From Candidatus Fervidifonticultor sextus (lineage in GTDB: Bacteria; Sysuimicrobiota; Sysuimicrobiia; Sysuimicrobiales; Humicultoraceae): a stretch of DNA of 64,000 nt. The DNA is taken from assembly GCA_031459875.1 (NCBI GenBank), contig JAVKHQ010000008.1:34354-98353 (forward strand), read 5' to 3'. Positions 49,210 through 59,632 of this stretch are shown here, in pieces (position 1 is the stretch's first letter; each line of letters begins with the position of its first letter). The position numbers were made by a program, and so were the translations under genes. The notes beneath the pieces were generated by a model. That model was not told the origin of the DNA and ran no database searches. It worked only from the letters and a program-made list of their open reading frames with translations.

Positions 49210-50569
49210 CGAGACGCGCCTGTTGGACTTCCTCACCGGGAAAGGCTTTCGTCCTCCGAGAGAGGCTCTGGCGCGGGCGCACCTCGTGGTCACCGACGTC
49301 CTGTGCGCCGCGGCGGCCGGCAGCGCGATCCCCGACGTCCAGGCCGCGGTCGGGGCGCTGGTCGCCGACCCCGGTCCCTGCACCCTCATCGGGTGCGGAC
49401 GGACCGTCTCCCCCGGCCAGGCGGCCATGGTGAACACGGTGCTGGCCATTGCCCAGGAGACCGAGGAAGGCCACAACACCGCCGGTCACGTCGGCGCCGC
49501 CACCGTGGCCGGCGCGCTCGCCGCCGCTGAGGAGGTCGGCGCCGACGGGGCCTCGCTGCTGGATGCGGTCCTGCGCGCCTACGAGGTGTGCGCGCGGGTG
49601 GAGCGCCTGATGATGCCGGCCAAGGCCCGGACCTCGGCCGCCACCTCCTGGATCATCCGCAACCCCCACAGCACCTGGACCGCGGTGGGGCCGGCGCTGG
49701 CCGCCGCGCTGCTGTGGCGCCTGGACCGCGAAGCCCTCCGGGCCGCCTGGCGCCTGGCCACGAACCTCGCGGTCCTCAGCCTGTGGGATCCCTTCGTCGA
49801 AGGGTCGCTGTCCCGCAATCTCACCGCGGGGTTGAGCGCCCAGGCGGCGCTCAGCGCGGCGCGGCTCGCGCAGGCCGGGATGGAGGGATCGGCCGAGGCC
49901 CTCTGGGGCATCTACACGCCGCTGCGCGCCGAGACGGGTCCGGAGTCGTTCGACCGCTGGTTCGCCTCGCTGGGGCAGACGTACGAGATCACCCGGGGAT
50001 ACTTCAAACCGTACCCATCCTGCCGCTATACGCACCCGCCGCTGGATGCCCTGCGGTCGATAGGCGACGACGTCACGCCCGAGGCGGTGGAGCGCATCGA
50101 GGTTCACACGTTTGGCGCCGCAGCCCCCTTTGCCCACCAGCGCGCCCCGACATCGACCAGCGCCAAGTTCAGCATCCCGTTCGTCCTGGCCGCCTACCTC
50201 GTCCTGGGCCGGGTGGACTTCGAGAGTTTCTCGGAGGCCAGCCTGTGCGACGCCCGCATCCAGGGACTGGCGCGGCGGGTGGTGATCCGCGTAGACGAGG
50301 AGATCGAAGCCCGCTTCCCCCATCAGTGGGGCGCGCGGGTCGTCGTCTCTCTGCGGGACGGGCGAACGCTCACCGGTGAGGTGGCGGACCCGCTCGGCGG
50401 CCCGCAGCGGCCCCTCGCTGGCGGCGAGCTGCGCGCGCGCCACCGCGCCGCGCTTGAGCAGCGGTTCGACCCCTCCCAGACCGAGGCGGTGGCTGCGGCG
50501 CTGGACCGCCTCCCCGGCATGGCGTCTGTGCGATCGCTGGGAGAGGTGCTGCGGGGGGCGGGGACGTGA
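49199..50569 (+). CDS. MmgE/PrpD family protein (2), divergent
   Basis: QETEEGH, YFKPYPSCRYTH, AKFSIPF. Confidence 0.9.
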   Translation: MIIDETRLLDFLTGKGFRPPREALARAHLVVTDVLCAAAAGSAIPDVQAAVGALVADPGPCTLIGCGRTVSPGQAAMVNTVLAIAQETEEGHNTAGHVGAATVAGALAAAEEVGADGASLLDAVLRAYEVCARVERLMMPAKARTSAATSWIIRNPHSTWTAVGPALAAALLWRLDREALRAAWRLATNLAVLSLWDPFVEGSLSRNLTAGLSAQAALSAARLAQAGMEGSAEALWGIYTPLRAETGPESFDRWFASLGQTYEITRGYFKPYPSCRYTHPPLDALRSIGDDVTPEAVERIEVHTFGAAAPFAHQRAPTSTSAKFSIPFVLAAYLVLGRVDFESFSEASLCDARIQGLARRVVIRVDEEIEARFPHQWGARVVVSLRDGRTLTGEVADPLGGPQRPLAGGELRARHRAALEQRFDPSQTEAVAAALDRLPGMASVRSLGEVLRGAGT

Positions 50570-51987
50570 TCGTCCACCACCGCGCCGTCCGATCCGTGGG
50601 GTCCGCCGACGTGGTCGTCGTCGGGGCAGGGGGGTGCGGTCTGGCCGCCGCCCTGGAGGCGACGCAGCGCGGCGCGCACGTCGCCCTCCTGGAGGGCGAC
50701 GCGGCCGCGGGCGGCAGCACGGCGGCCAGTTCGGGCCTGGTGGCGGCCGCGGGGTCGGACCTGCAGGGCCGCGCCGGTATGCGTGCCCCGCCTGAGGCAT
50801 TGCTGGAGGACCTGCGGGCTGCGGGGTCGGTCGTCGACGGGATCACGCGGACGCTGATCGAGACCTCAGGCGCGCTGGTTGACTGGCTCGTGCAGTCGGG
50901 GTCCCCGCTGGAGCCCGTGCTCGACTACCGCTATCCGGAGCACTCCCGGCCCTGGCTGGTCGCCCCGCCGTCGCGCCGCGGCGCCGAGGTGGTGGCATCA
51001 CTCCTCGAGGCCATAGGACGGACCCGCGTGGACCTCCGCCTGCGGACGGTGGCCGAGGGCCTGCTCGTTGACGATCAGGGCGGGGTCTGCGGGGTGGTGG
51101 TCGCTTCGCCGGACGGTCCCGCAGGGCTGCGCGCGGACGCCGTCGTGCTGGCCACCGGAGGGTTCGCCTCCAACGCGGCGATGGTAGGAGCCTGGATCCC
51201 GGGCGCTGCCGGGGCCGTGCCGGTCGCCGCCCCGGGCTGCAGGGGTGACGGCATCCGGTGGGCACAGGCGATGGGCGCACAGGTGGCCGCCATGGACGGC
51301 GTCCAGTTCCATCCTTCGATCATCGTGCCGGAGCGGGTCTTTCTCTCGGCGGCGCTGGTCAATGCCGGGGCCCTCCACCTCAACGAGGCGGGGAGGCGCT
51401 TCGGCGACGAGACGAAGGGATACGGCGCCCACGGCCTCGCCATGCTGGCCCAGCGGGCGGTCTACGAGGTGTTCGATGACGCCGTCCTGGCGGAGGCAGG
51501 CCGGCACGTGCCCCGCACGGCCGACGCCCGGGGGCTGCTGCACCGCTGCCGGTCCGTCGAGGATCTCGCCCGGTTCATCGGCGCCCCTTTCGATGTGGTG
51601 GCGGACACGCTGGAGGCGTTCAATGCGGCCGCGGCAGGAGCCCCTGACCCCTTCGGGCGGACGCGCTTCGGCGCCCCGCTGCGGCCGCCGCTGTGGGCGG
51701 TGCGCGTGGCGCCCGGGCTGGTCCAGACGCTGGGTGGCCTGGTGGTGGACGCACAGGCGAGGGTCCTGGCCACGGGCGGGAAGCCGATCCCGCGGTTGTT
51801 TGCGGGAGGCGAGGCCGTCGCCGGGCCCGCCCGCCGGACCGACGCCTATGTGGCCGGGACCGGCCTGCTGGCCGCCTTCGGCCTCGGGCGCCTGGCGGGG
51901 CGCGGCGCCGCCGGGGCCGCCGACCGGCTGGAGGCGCGGGCGGAGCGAGGCGAGGGAGTTCGATCAGGGAGGGATGAGCAGCCATGA
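50566..51987 (+). CDS. FAD-dependent oxidoreductase, FAD_binding_2 family (2)
   Basis: GAGGCG, LATGGF, GDG, GRRFGDE, TLGGL, LFAGGE. Confidence 0.88.
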   Translation: MIVHHRAVRSVGSADVVVVGAGGCGLAAALEATQRGAHVALLEGDAAAGGSTAASSGLVAAAGSDLQGRAGMRAPPEALLEDLRAAGSVVDGITRTLIETSGALVDWLVQSGSPLEPVLDYRYPEHSRPWLVAPPSRRGAEVVASLLEAIGRTRVDLRLRTVAEGLLVDDQGGVCGVVVASPDGPAGLRADAVVLATGGFASNAAMVGAWIPGAAGAVPVAAPGCRGDGIRWAQAMGAQVAAMDGVQFHPSIIVPERVFLSAALVNAGALHLNEAGRRFGDETKGYGAHGLAMLAQRAVYEVFDDAVLAEAGRHVPRTADARGLLHRCRSVEDLARFIGAPFDVVADTLEAFNAAAAGAPDPFGRTRFGAPLRPPLWAVRVAPGLVQTLGGLVVDAQARVLATGGKPIPRLFAGGEAVAGPARRTDAYVAGTGLLAAFGLGRLAGRGAAGAADRLEARAERGEGVRSGRDEQP

Positions 51988-53474
51988 CACGGTGGGATCT
52001 TGCGGTGGTGAACGGAACGGTCGTGATCCCCTACACCGGTGCGGTTCGGGCCGACGTGGGCATCCGCCACGGGCGCATCGCCGCGCTCGCCGACGCCATC
52101 GACCCCGCCTCGGCGGACGAGGTCATCGATGCGGCGGGGCACCTGGTGTTCCCCGGGGCGATCGACTCTCACTTCCACCTGGGGATCTACCGCTCGATGG
52201 CAGAAGACACCGGGTCCGAGACCCGGTCGGCGCTGGCCGGCGGCGTGACCTCGGTCATCAGTTACTTCCGCACCGGCCAGCACTACCTCAACAGGACCGG
52301 CTCCTACCGCGACATCTTCCCCGAGGTGCTGGGTCTCGTCGGGGGCCGCGCCTACACCGACTACGGCTTCCACATCGCCATCATGACCGCCGACCAGCTC
52401 GAGGAGGTGGACTGGCTGGTGGGCTCCCAGGGCGTGGCCTCGTTCAAGTACTACATGTTCTACAAAGGGTTGAATCTCACGGCCGACTCCACCCGCGGCA
52501 GCGACTACACCATGTCCGAGTCCTACGACCTGGGGCACCTCTACCTCCTCATGGGGCAGGTGGCCGCGGCGGCCCGGCGGTACGGATCGGCGGGGCGGAT
52601 TTCCCTCAGCCTGCACTGCGAGCACGCCGAGTTGATCCGGGTGTTCATCGACGAGGTGAAGCGGGCCGGGCTTGAGGGACTGGAAGCCTACCATAAGGCC
52701 CGCCCGCCGCTGACCGAACGGCTCTCGATGGCCGAGGCGGTCATCCTGGCCGACGCGGTGCGCTGTCCGATCAACCTGCTGCACCTGAGCAGCCGTGAGG
52801 CGGTCGGGGCGGCGTCGGAGGCCAAGCGGGACTACCCCCACCTGGACGTCCGGCTGGAGACCACCCTGCACCATCTGGCGCTCACGTACGCCACAGCCGG
52901 CGGGCTGTGGGGCAAGGTCAACCCGCCCATCCGCACCGAAGATGACCGCGCCGCGCTCTGGGAGGCCGTCGCAGACGGCAGGATCGACACCGTCGTCAGC
53001 GACCATGCCTGCTGCTTCGAGGAGCAGAAGGGCGAAGACCTCTGGAAGGCGCTGCCGGGGTTTGGCGGCACCGCGCTGCTCTATCCCTATCTCATCTCAG
53101 AGGGCGTCCACCGGCGGGGTCTGCCGCTGGCGCGGATCGCCGAGCTGGCCAGCGCGAACTCTGCCCGGGCCTTCGGCCTCTACCCGCAGAAGGGCACGAT
53201 TGCGCCGGGCAGCGATGCCGATCTCACCGTCGTTGATCCGGACAGGGAGCAGGTGGTCTCCCCGGCCGTGCTGCTGTCTGCGCAGGACTTCACGCCGTTT
53301 GCCGGCATGCGGGTCCGCGGCTGGCCCACGCATACGGTGCTGCGGGGCCGGCTCGTGTACCGGGAGGGCGAAGTGGCCGCCCCGCCGACCGGGCGGTATC
53401 TGCGCAGACCCGTCCGCCTGCATGGGGCGCCGGCAGAAGTGCCGCCGGCTGCGGCCAGGGGCGGGCGGAGCTGA
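51984..53474 (+). CDS. Cyclic amidohydrolase (dihydropyrimidinase/allantoinase/dihydroorotase family)
   Basis: DSHFH, SFK (carbamylated Lys), LHCE, LLHLS, KVNPPIR, SDHA, GSDADL. Confidence 0.92.
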   Translation: MTRWDLAVVNGTVVIPYTGAVRADVGIRHGRIAALADAIDPASADEVIDAAGHLVFPGAIDSHFHLGIYRSMAEDTGSETRSALAGGVTSVISYFRTGQHYLNRTGSYRDIFPEVLGLVGGRAYTDYGFHIAIMTADQLEEVDWLVGSQGVASFKYYMFYKGLNLTADSTRGSDYTMSESYDLGHLYLLMGQVAAAARRYGSAGRISLSLHCEHAELIRVFIDEVKRAGLEGLEAYHKARPPLTERLSMAEAVILADAVRCPINLLHLSSREAVGAASEAKRDYPHLDVRLETTLHHLALTYATAGGLWGKVNPPIRTEDDRAALWEAVADGRIDTVVSDHACCFEEQKGEDLWKALPGFGGTALLYPYLISEGVHRRGLPLARIAELASANSARAFGLYPQKGTIAPGSDADLTVVDPDREQVVSPAVLLSAQDFTPFAGMRVRGWPTHTVLRGRLVYREGEVAAPPTGRYLRRPVRLHGAPAEVPPAAARGGRS

Positions 53475-53525
53475 CGCGGCCGTCCGCGGCGCGGTGTCGG
53501 GGCGAGGCGGCCCGAACCCCGCTGC

Positions 53526-53999
53526 CTAGCGGATCTGCCCCCGGATCTCCCCTCCGGGAAAGGCCGTCGTGTGGGCGTTGACGTAGGCGTTGCCGGCCTC
53601 GATGGCGGCGATCAGGTCTCGGATCGTTCGCCCCTGCAGCGGGCCCGTGAGGTTGGCGTTGGTGATGAGCCCGTCCTGGAGGACGCCGCTGGTAGCCCCC
53701 GAGATCAGGCGGGCGGGTGGGGCGGGCGGGTACAGCCAGACGGCGATCGGGCCATTCTGCCCGGGTGGAGCGATGTGGATGTGCGCCATCTGGAGGTTGG
53801 TGATGTTGTCGAAGACCAGCCAGTAGCGCAGTCCGGCGGCGGTCAACTCAAAGGACGCCATGCCTCCCGCCGTGGACCGGTTCGGCGGCACCTGCTCCGC
53901 GGCCGAGAGATAGGCGACGTAGGCGCCTCGCTGTGCGGTGACCCCCAGGGGCGCCGCCAGCGCCACGAGCAAGACAACGACCAAGACGACTGCTCTCAT
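53526..53999 (-). CDS. Secreted CHRD-domain protein
   Basis: Signal peptide; EQVPP, AHIH, G.NGP, YVNAHT..FPGGEIRGQI. Confidence 0.92.
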   Translation of the reverse strand: MRAVVLVVVLLVALAAPLGVTAQRGAYVAYLSAAEQVPPNRSTAGGMASFELTAAGLRYWLVFDNITNLQMAHIHIAPPGQNGPIAVWLYPPAPPARLISGATSGVLQDGLITNANLTGPLQGRTIRDLIAAIEAGNAYVNAHTTAFPGGEIRGQIR

Positions 54000-54223
54000 A
54001 CCATCCCCCTTGCGTGCAGAATCATCGTGCACGGACTGCCCTACCGACCGGGGTGCCTCGCCCCTACCCAATACCATGTCAGACTAGGCGCAGACTGTCA
54101 CCGAATCGTAACGGATCGGGGAGGGATGCGGCGGCGCGCGCCGCCAGGGGGGATTCCTGCCGCCCTCTGGAGAATCGCCTAGGCACTGCCGCAGTCTTCG
54201 TTGGGGGTCTCGGAGGCTTGCTA

Positions 54224-55438
54224 TTGGATCCGATCGAGCGCCGCATCACGTGGTACGCGGACCGGGCCCGGGAGGTCCAGGCTCAGGGGCTGTACTTCTA
54301 CCTCCAGCCCGTCGAGGCCGTGGACGGCGCCTACGTGACGATCGGAGGCCGGAGGAAACTGCTGGCCTCCTCGTACTCCTACCTGGGGCTGCTCGGGCAT
54401 CCGGCGATTCAGGCCGCGGCCGAGGAGGCCCTGGCGCGGTACGGCACGGGGACCCACGGGGTCAGGCTGCTGGCCGGCAACACCGACCTGCACGACCGTG
54501 TGGAGCAGCGGCTCTCCGCCTTCGTGGGGGCCGAGGCCGCCGCCGTCTATTCCAGCGGCTATCTGGCCAACTTCGCCGCCATCTCCGCGCTGCTGGGTCG
54601 GGAAGACGTGGTCGTCTGCGACAAACTGGATCACGCCAGCATCGTGGACGGGTGCCTGCTCTCCGGTGCCAAGTTCATCCGCGTCCCCCACAACGACATC
54701 GCGGCCTTCGATCGGGCACTGGCCAAGGTGCCATCCGGGGCCGGGAAACTCGTCGTGGTGGACGCCGTCTTCAGCATGGACGGGGACCTCATCGACCTAC
54801 CCGCCCTCTCGGAGGTGTGCCGGCGGCGCCGGGCCTGGTTGATGGTGGACGAGTCCCATTCGCTCGGGGTTCTGGGCGACCGAGGCCAGGGGATCGAGGC
54901 CCACCTCCGGCTCCCCGGGGTGATCGACATCAAGATGAGTTCGCTGTCCAAGAGCATTCCCTCGGCGGGCGGCTATATCGCCGGATCGCGGGACCTGATC
55001 TCCTTCCTGAAGCACGCCTCCCGGGCGTTCGTCTTCTCGGCGGCCCTGCCACCGGCCAGCGCCGCGGCGGTCATGGCGTCCCTGGACGTCATGGAGGCCG
55101 AACCCGACCGGATCGCGCGCCTGCAGGCCCACGTCCGCCGCTTCCGGACCGCACTGCGGGCCGGGGGCATGCCCATCCGGGACGATCCCACGCCGATCGT
55201 GCCGGTCATCACCGGCGACGACGAGACCGCCATGCGGATCGCCCGCTTCCTTGACGAGCGGGACATCTTCGCGCTGCCCATCATCTCGCCGGCCGTCCCG
55301 CCGCGGACGAGCCGGCTGCGCATCACGGTCACCGCCGCCCACACCGAGGACGAGGTCGACACCATCGCCGAGGCCCTGATCGCCGCCTGGCGCGAGGTCA
55401 CCCCGGCGCTGGCACAGGCGCGCGGCGAACGCCCATGA
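54224..55438 (+). CDS. PLP-dependent alpha-oxoamine synthase (BioF/Kbl/SPT family)
   Basis: GGAGG RBS and TTG start; YLGL, DHASIVDG, FSMDGD, DESH, SLSK (PLP Lys), RLR. Confidence 0.9.
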   Translation: MDPIERRITWYADRAREVQAQGLYFYLQPVEAVDGAYVTIGGRRKLLASSYSYLGLLGHPAIQAAAEEALARYGTGTHGVRLLAGNTDLHDRVEQRLSAFVGAEAAAVYSSGYLANFAAISALLGREDVVVCDKLDHASIVDGCLLSGAKFIRVPHNDIAAFDRALAKVPSGAGKLVVVDAVFSMDGDLIDLPALSEVCRRRRAWLMVDESHSLGVLGDRGQGIEAHLRLPGVIDIKMSSLSKSIPSAGGYIAGSRDLISFLKHASRAFVFSAALPPASAAAVMASLDVMEAEPDRIARLQAHVRRFRTALRAGGMPIRDDPTPIVPVITGDDETAMRIARFLDERDIFALPIISPAVPPRTSRLRITVTAAHTEDEVDTIAEALIAAWREVTPALAQARGERP

Positions 55439-56295
55439 GCGATCTGCTCAGCATCGTCTGGATCCTGGTCCTCCTCCAGGTCTTCATCCCCCTCATTCAG
55501 AAGCAGGCGCTGTTGGCCCGTCGCCTGGGCCTGATCCGCCTGATCGAGCGGAAGCGCCAGTCCCGGGTCATCACCATGATCCACCGGCAGGAAACCATGA
55601 GCCTGCTGGGGATTCCCATCGCCCGCTACATCGACATTGAGGACTCCGAGCAGATCCTGCGGGCGATCCGCCTGACGCCGCCGGAGATGCCCATCGACCT
55701 GGTCCTCCACACCCCGGGCGGGCTGGTTCTGGCCGCCGAGCAGATCGCCTGCGCGCTGAAGCGGCACAAGGGCCAGGTGACGGTGTTCGTGCCGCACTAC
55801 GCGCTGTCCGGCGGCACGCTGGTGGCCCTGGCCGCCGATGAGATCGTGATGGATCCCGACGCGGTGCTGGGGCCGGTGGACCCGCAGCTGGGCAGCCCGC
55901 AGGGCGGATTCTACCCGGCGGCGTCGATCCTCAAGGCGCTGGATCAGCCCAACCCGAACCGGGACGACCACATCCTGATCCTGGGCGATGTGGCCCGCAA
56001 GGCCGTCCAGCAGGTCTACGAGACCGTGCGCTTCCTGCTCCTGGAGCACCAGACCCCCGAGCAGGCCGATGAACTGGCCCGGATGCTCAGCGACGGCCGC
56101 TGGACCCACGACTACCCCATCACCAGCGATCAGGCCCGGGCGATGGGCCTGCCGGTCAGGGACGACCTGCCCACGGAGATCTACCAGTTGATGGACCTGT
56201 ACCCGCAGGCCCGGCAGCGCCGGCCCGGGGTCGAGTACATCCCGGCGCCGTATCGTCCGCCGGCCCAGGCCCCCGGGCGGGGCGAGCCGGTCTGA
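55435..56295 (+). CDS. SDH-family (DUF114) ClpP-fold serine protease
   Basis: N-terminal TM, IHRQE, LHTPGG, PHYALSGGT, GPVDPQ, WTHDYPI. Confidence 0.92.
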   Translation: MSDLLSIVWILVLLQVFIPLIQKQALLARRLGLIRLIERKRQSRVITMIHRQETMSLLGIPIARYIDIEDSEQILRAIRLTPPEMPIDLVLHTPGGLVLAAEQIACALKRHKGQVTVFVPHYALSGGTLVALAADEIVMDPDAVLGPVDPQLGSPQGGFYPAASILKALDQPNPNRDDHILILGDVARKAVQQVYETVRFLLLEHQTPEQADELARMLSDGRWTHDYPITSDQARAMGLPVRDDLPTEIYQLMDLYPQARQRRPGVEYIPAPYRPPAQAPGRGEPV

Positions 56296-56466
56296 GCGTT
56301 TTCTCGAGGCGCATGGCATCTCCCTGGTCCCTCGGGCGTCCGCAGCCAGCATCGGGCGGTTCCCCGATGGGCAGGGGCGCGGCTCCTGCCTACGATTGAC
56401 CTGAGGTGCGGGGCCGCCCGCTGGTCGGGTCCCGTGTCTGCGACTGCCCACAACGGAGGTGCCACG

Positions 56467-57030
56467 ATGCCCCCGCACTGCGACACGATGGATGGCCCGG
56501 TCGTTACCGCCGCCCGCCGCGCGCTGGAGACCGGGAATGTCAACTTGATCCTCCCCTGGGTGCCCAAGGCGGCCGAAGAGGAGGTGGAGCGCGCCTTCCA
56601 ACGGGCCCGTCGAGTCAGGGCGCTTGGCGAAGACGCCAGGGCCCTTGCCGACCACTGGTTCTTCGAGACGGCGGTGCGGCTCCACCAGGCGGGCGAAGGC
56701 GCGACGTATACGGGGCTCAAGCCGGCCGGGCTGGACCCGGGCCCGGTGGTGGCGCGGGCCGAGCGAGCCATCGCTCAGGGGTTCACAGACGGGCTGGCCG
56801 ACTTTCTGCTCCACGACATCGGGGATGTGCTGGACACGAAGTTCCGGGCGGTCCTGGCCAGGAGGCCGTACGACGAGCACGATGTAGAGGCGGCGCGGGC
56901 CTACGTCCAGGCGGCGATGGCATTCGTGCGCTTCGCGCATCGCCTGTACGAGTTCGTGCACGGTGGCGAACGCCCGGGCACGGTTGTGCAGGGCGCCCGC
57001 GAGCCTGTCCGCGGGCAGAAGGCGGCGTGA
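56467..57030 (+). CDS. DUF6448-like protein
   Basis: GGAGGT RBS; HCDTMDGPVV, FFETAVRLH..GEGA.YTGLKPAG. Confidence 0.8.
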   Translation: MPPHCDTMDGPVVTAARRALETGNVNLILPWVPKAAEEEVERAFQRARRVRALGEDARALADHWFFETAVRLHQAGEGATYTGLKPAGLDPGPVVARAERAIAQGFTDGLADFLLHDIGDVLDTKFRAVLARRPYDEHDVEAARAYVQAAMAFVRFAHRLYEFVHGGERPGTVVQGAREPVRGQKAA

Positions 57031-57078
57031 CCGCGGTCTGGTGAGCCTGGTGCCGCGCGCCCGGCGGCGCGGACGCTC

Positions 57079-57462
57079 ATGATCCGGATCAGGCGCGTCT
57101 ACGACCTTCCACAACCCGGGGAAGGAGCCCGCTTTCTGGTGGACCGCCTGTGGCCCCGCGGGGTGAAGAAGGCAGCCCTGGGCCTGGACGCCTGGGTAAA
57201 GGCCGCCGCCCCCAGCGACCCCCTCCGGCGCTGGTACGGCCACGACCCGAAGAAGTGGGAAGAATTCCGGCGCCGGTACCGGGCGGAGCTGGACGCCAAT
57301 CCTGAAGCCTGGCAGCCGATCCTGGAAGCCGCCCGCCGCGGGCCGGTGACGCTGCTGTACAGCAGCCGCGAGACGAAGCGCAACAACGCAGTCGCACTGA
57401 GGGACTACCTGCGGGAGAAACTCCAGAGGCGTCCCTCCCGGTCTCGGAGGGCTCGCCGCTGA
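57079..57462 (+). CDS. DUF488/YeaO-like protein
   Basis: RVYD, LVDRLWPRG, APS..LRRWYGH, VTLLYS, NNAVAL. Confidence 0.92.
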   Translation: MIRIRRVYDLPQPGEGARFLVDRLWPRGVKKAALGLDAWVKAAAPSDPLRRWYGHDPKKWEEFRRRYRAELDANPEAWQPILEAARRGPVTLLYSSRETKRNNAVALRDYLREKLQRRPSRSRRARR

Positions 57463-58551
57463 CATCGCCCGCCGCCCCGCGCTGGCGTTTCCCTGCCCGC
57501 CTGCCACTCTTCGCCATCGCCATCCTGGCCCTGCTGGTCGGCATGTGGGAGGGCCGCGTGCGCCTGGGCTGGGCGCTGCCCCCGCTGCGGCCGGCGCTGC
57601 CCGCGGCCCACGGCCCGCTGATGGTCGCGGGATTCCCGGGCGCGCTGATTGGGCTCGAGCGCGCGGTGGCGGTGGGCTCCCGGTGGGCGTATGGGGCGCC
57701 GTTCCTGACCGCGCTGGGCACACTCGGGCTCCTCATCGTCCCGGACGACATGGTGACCCCTCTGTCCTTCACGGCAGGCAGCCTGGGGCTAGCGGCGATC
57801 TTTGCCGTGATCGTTCGCCGGCAGCCCACGCTGGCGACCTTCACGATGGCCCTTGGCGCAGTCGCGTGGGTCGCCGGCGACTTCCTCTGGCTGGTCGGCG
57901 CGCCGGTCCGGGCCGCGGTCCCCCTGTGGGGAGCATTCCTCGTGCTGACGATTGCGGGGGAGCGGCTTGAACTCGGCCGCATCGCTCGCCTCTCGCCATG
58001 GAGCGAGATCGTCTTCCGCGGGGCGGTCATGATCAACTTCGGCGCTTCCCTTTTTGCAGGCATCGGTGCTCCGGCTGGCATGCGTGTCGTGGGGCTGGGG
58101 AAGTTCGTGTTGGCTTTGTGGCTGCTGCGCTACGACATTGCGCGCTACACGGTAAAGCAACGAGGCCCGATGCGATTTTTCATCAGCAACGCTGCTTTCT
58201 GGACATGCATGGCTGGCCATCTCGGGCGTGTTGTGGATGGCCTACGGAGGGACTTTGACCGGCCCCCGGTATGACGCGATGCTGCACGGCCTCCTCGTGG
58301 GCTTCGTCTTTGCCATGATCTTCGCCCACGCGCCGGTCATCCTGCCGGCGGTGCTGGGCCGACCCGTACCGGGAAGACCAGCCTACTACGTCCACGTGAT
58401 CCTGATGCACGCCTCGCTGGCGATGCGCGTGCTCGGAGACCTCGCGGGCTGGATGCCCCTGCGCGAATGGGGTGGACTGCTCAACGTCGCGGCGGTGCTG
58501 CTGTTCCTGGCCAACACGGTGCGCGCCGCCGCCGGCGCCGCACGGGCTTGA
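57459..58551 (+). pseudogene. Frameshifted multi-TM membrane protein (NnrS-like)
   Basis: HGPLMV..LIGLERAVA, GERLEL and YDAMLH..HAPVILP are split over two frames. Removing one T from TTTTT at 58176-58180 restores TLLSGHAWLAISGVLW. Apparent start is CTG 57459. Confidence 0.7.
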
Positions 58552-58651
58552 CCGCGAAGAAGCGCCGGTCCTACGCTGGGGCCAGCACCGGGCGACGGGC
58601 GTCGCACGAGCCGCAGGCGTGGTTTGGCCCACCAACAGCAGGGGGACGCCG

Positions 58652-59632
58652 ATGGGTGATCAGTTCGCCAGGGTGAGGGTCGCGGTCGTGCAGGCCGCAC
58701 CGGTCCTGCTGGATCGCGAGGCGACGGTGGAGCGGGTGGGCCGTCTCATCGACCGGGCCGCGGCGGGCGGCGCCCGGCTCGTCCTGTTCCCCGAGGCATT
58801 CATCCCGGCCTATCCGTGGGGCGTGCGCTTCGGCACCCGGATCGGCGGTCGGACGCTCGAGGGCCGAAAGGCCTGGGCGCGGTATTGGGCCAATGCGGTG
58901 GAGGTTCCGGGCCCGGTCACGGACGCCATCGGCGCCGCCGCCCGGCGCGCGCAGGCCTACGTGGCCGTTGGCGTCATCGAGCGGGATCAGACCTTCAGCC
59001 GCGGGACGCTCTACTGCACGCTGATCTACGTCGGGCCGGACGGGTCGCTGCTGGCCAAGCACCGCAAACTCGTGCCGACGGCCGGCGAGCGGTTCATCTG
59101 GGGGATGGGTGACGGCAGCACGCTGCCGGTACTCCAGACGCCCTACGGTCGGCTGGGCGGGCTCATCTGCTGGGAGAACTACATGCCGCTCGCCCGCATG
59201 CACATGTACGCCAAAGGGACCGAAATCTACCTCGCCCCGACCGCGGATTCGCGTGACAGCTGGCAGGCGACGATCCGGCACATCGCGTGCGAGGGCCGCT
59301 GCTTCGTGCTGGCCGCGTGCCAGTACGTGACGAGGGAGATGTACCCCGCCGACTTCGAGGTGCTCGACGAGCTGGCCGATGCCCCCGACGTCCTCTCCCG
59401 GGGCGGCAGCGCCATCGTGGGGCCGCTGGGCGATTACCTGGCCGGGCCGCTGTTCGACCAGGAGGGGATTCTCGCCGCGGACCTGGACCTGGCCCAGGTG
59501 GCGCAGGGGAGGTTCGACTTCGACGTGGCCGGTCACTACGCCCGGCCGGACGTCTTCCGCCTGGTGGTCAACGAGCAGGCAACCCCGCCGGTGGAGGTGA
59601 CGCCTCCGGCCTCGGGTCAATCTAGGGTTTGA
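58652..59632 (+). CDS. Nitrilase (carbon-nitrogen hydrolase family)
   Basis: Catalytic triad FPEAF / HRKLVPT / ICWENYMP; GHYARPDVF. Confidence 0.94.
   Translation: MGDQFARVRVAVVQAAPVLLDREATVERVGRLIDRAAAGGARLVLFPEAFIPAYPWGVRFGTRIGGRTLEGRKAWARYWANAVEVPGPVTDAIGAAARRAQAYVAVGVIERDQTFSRGTLYCTLIYVGPDGSLLAKHRKLVPTAGERFIWGMGDGSTLPVLQTPYGRLGGLICWENYMPLARMHMYAKGTEIYLAPTADSRDSWQATIRHIACEGRCFVLAACQYVTREMYPADFEVLDELADAPDVLSRGGSAIVGPLGDYLAGPLFDQEGILAADLDLAQVAQGRFDFDVAGHYARPDVFRLVVNEQATPPVEVTPPASGQSRV

Noticed and set aside
56350..56390. Twin hairpins (CATCGGG/CCCGATG and GGCAGG/CCTGCC) as a terminator or riboswitch
   Set aside because: No U-tract and no recognisable aptamer; short GC stems are common at this composition.
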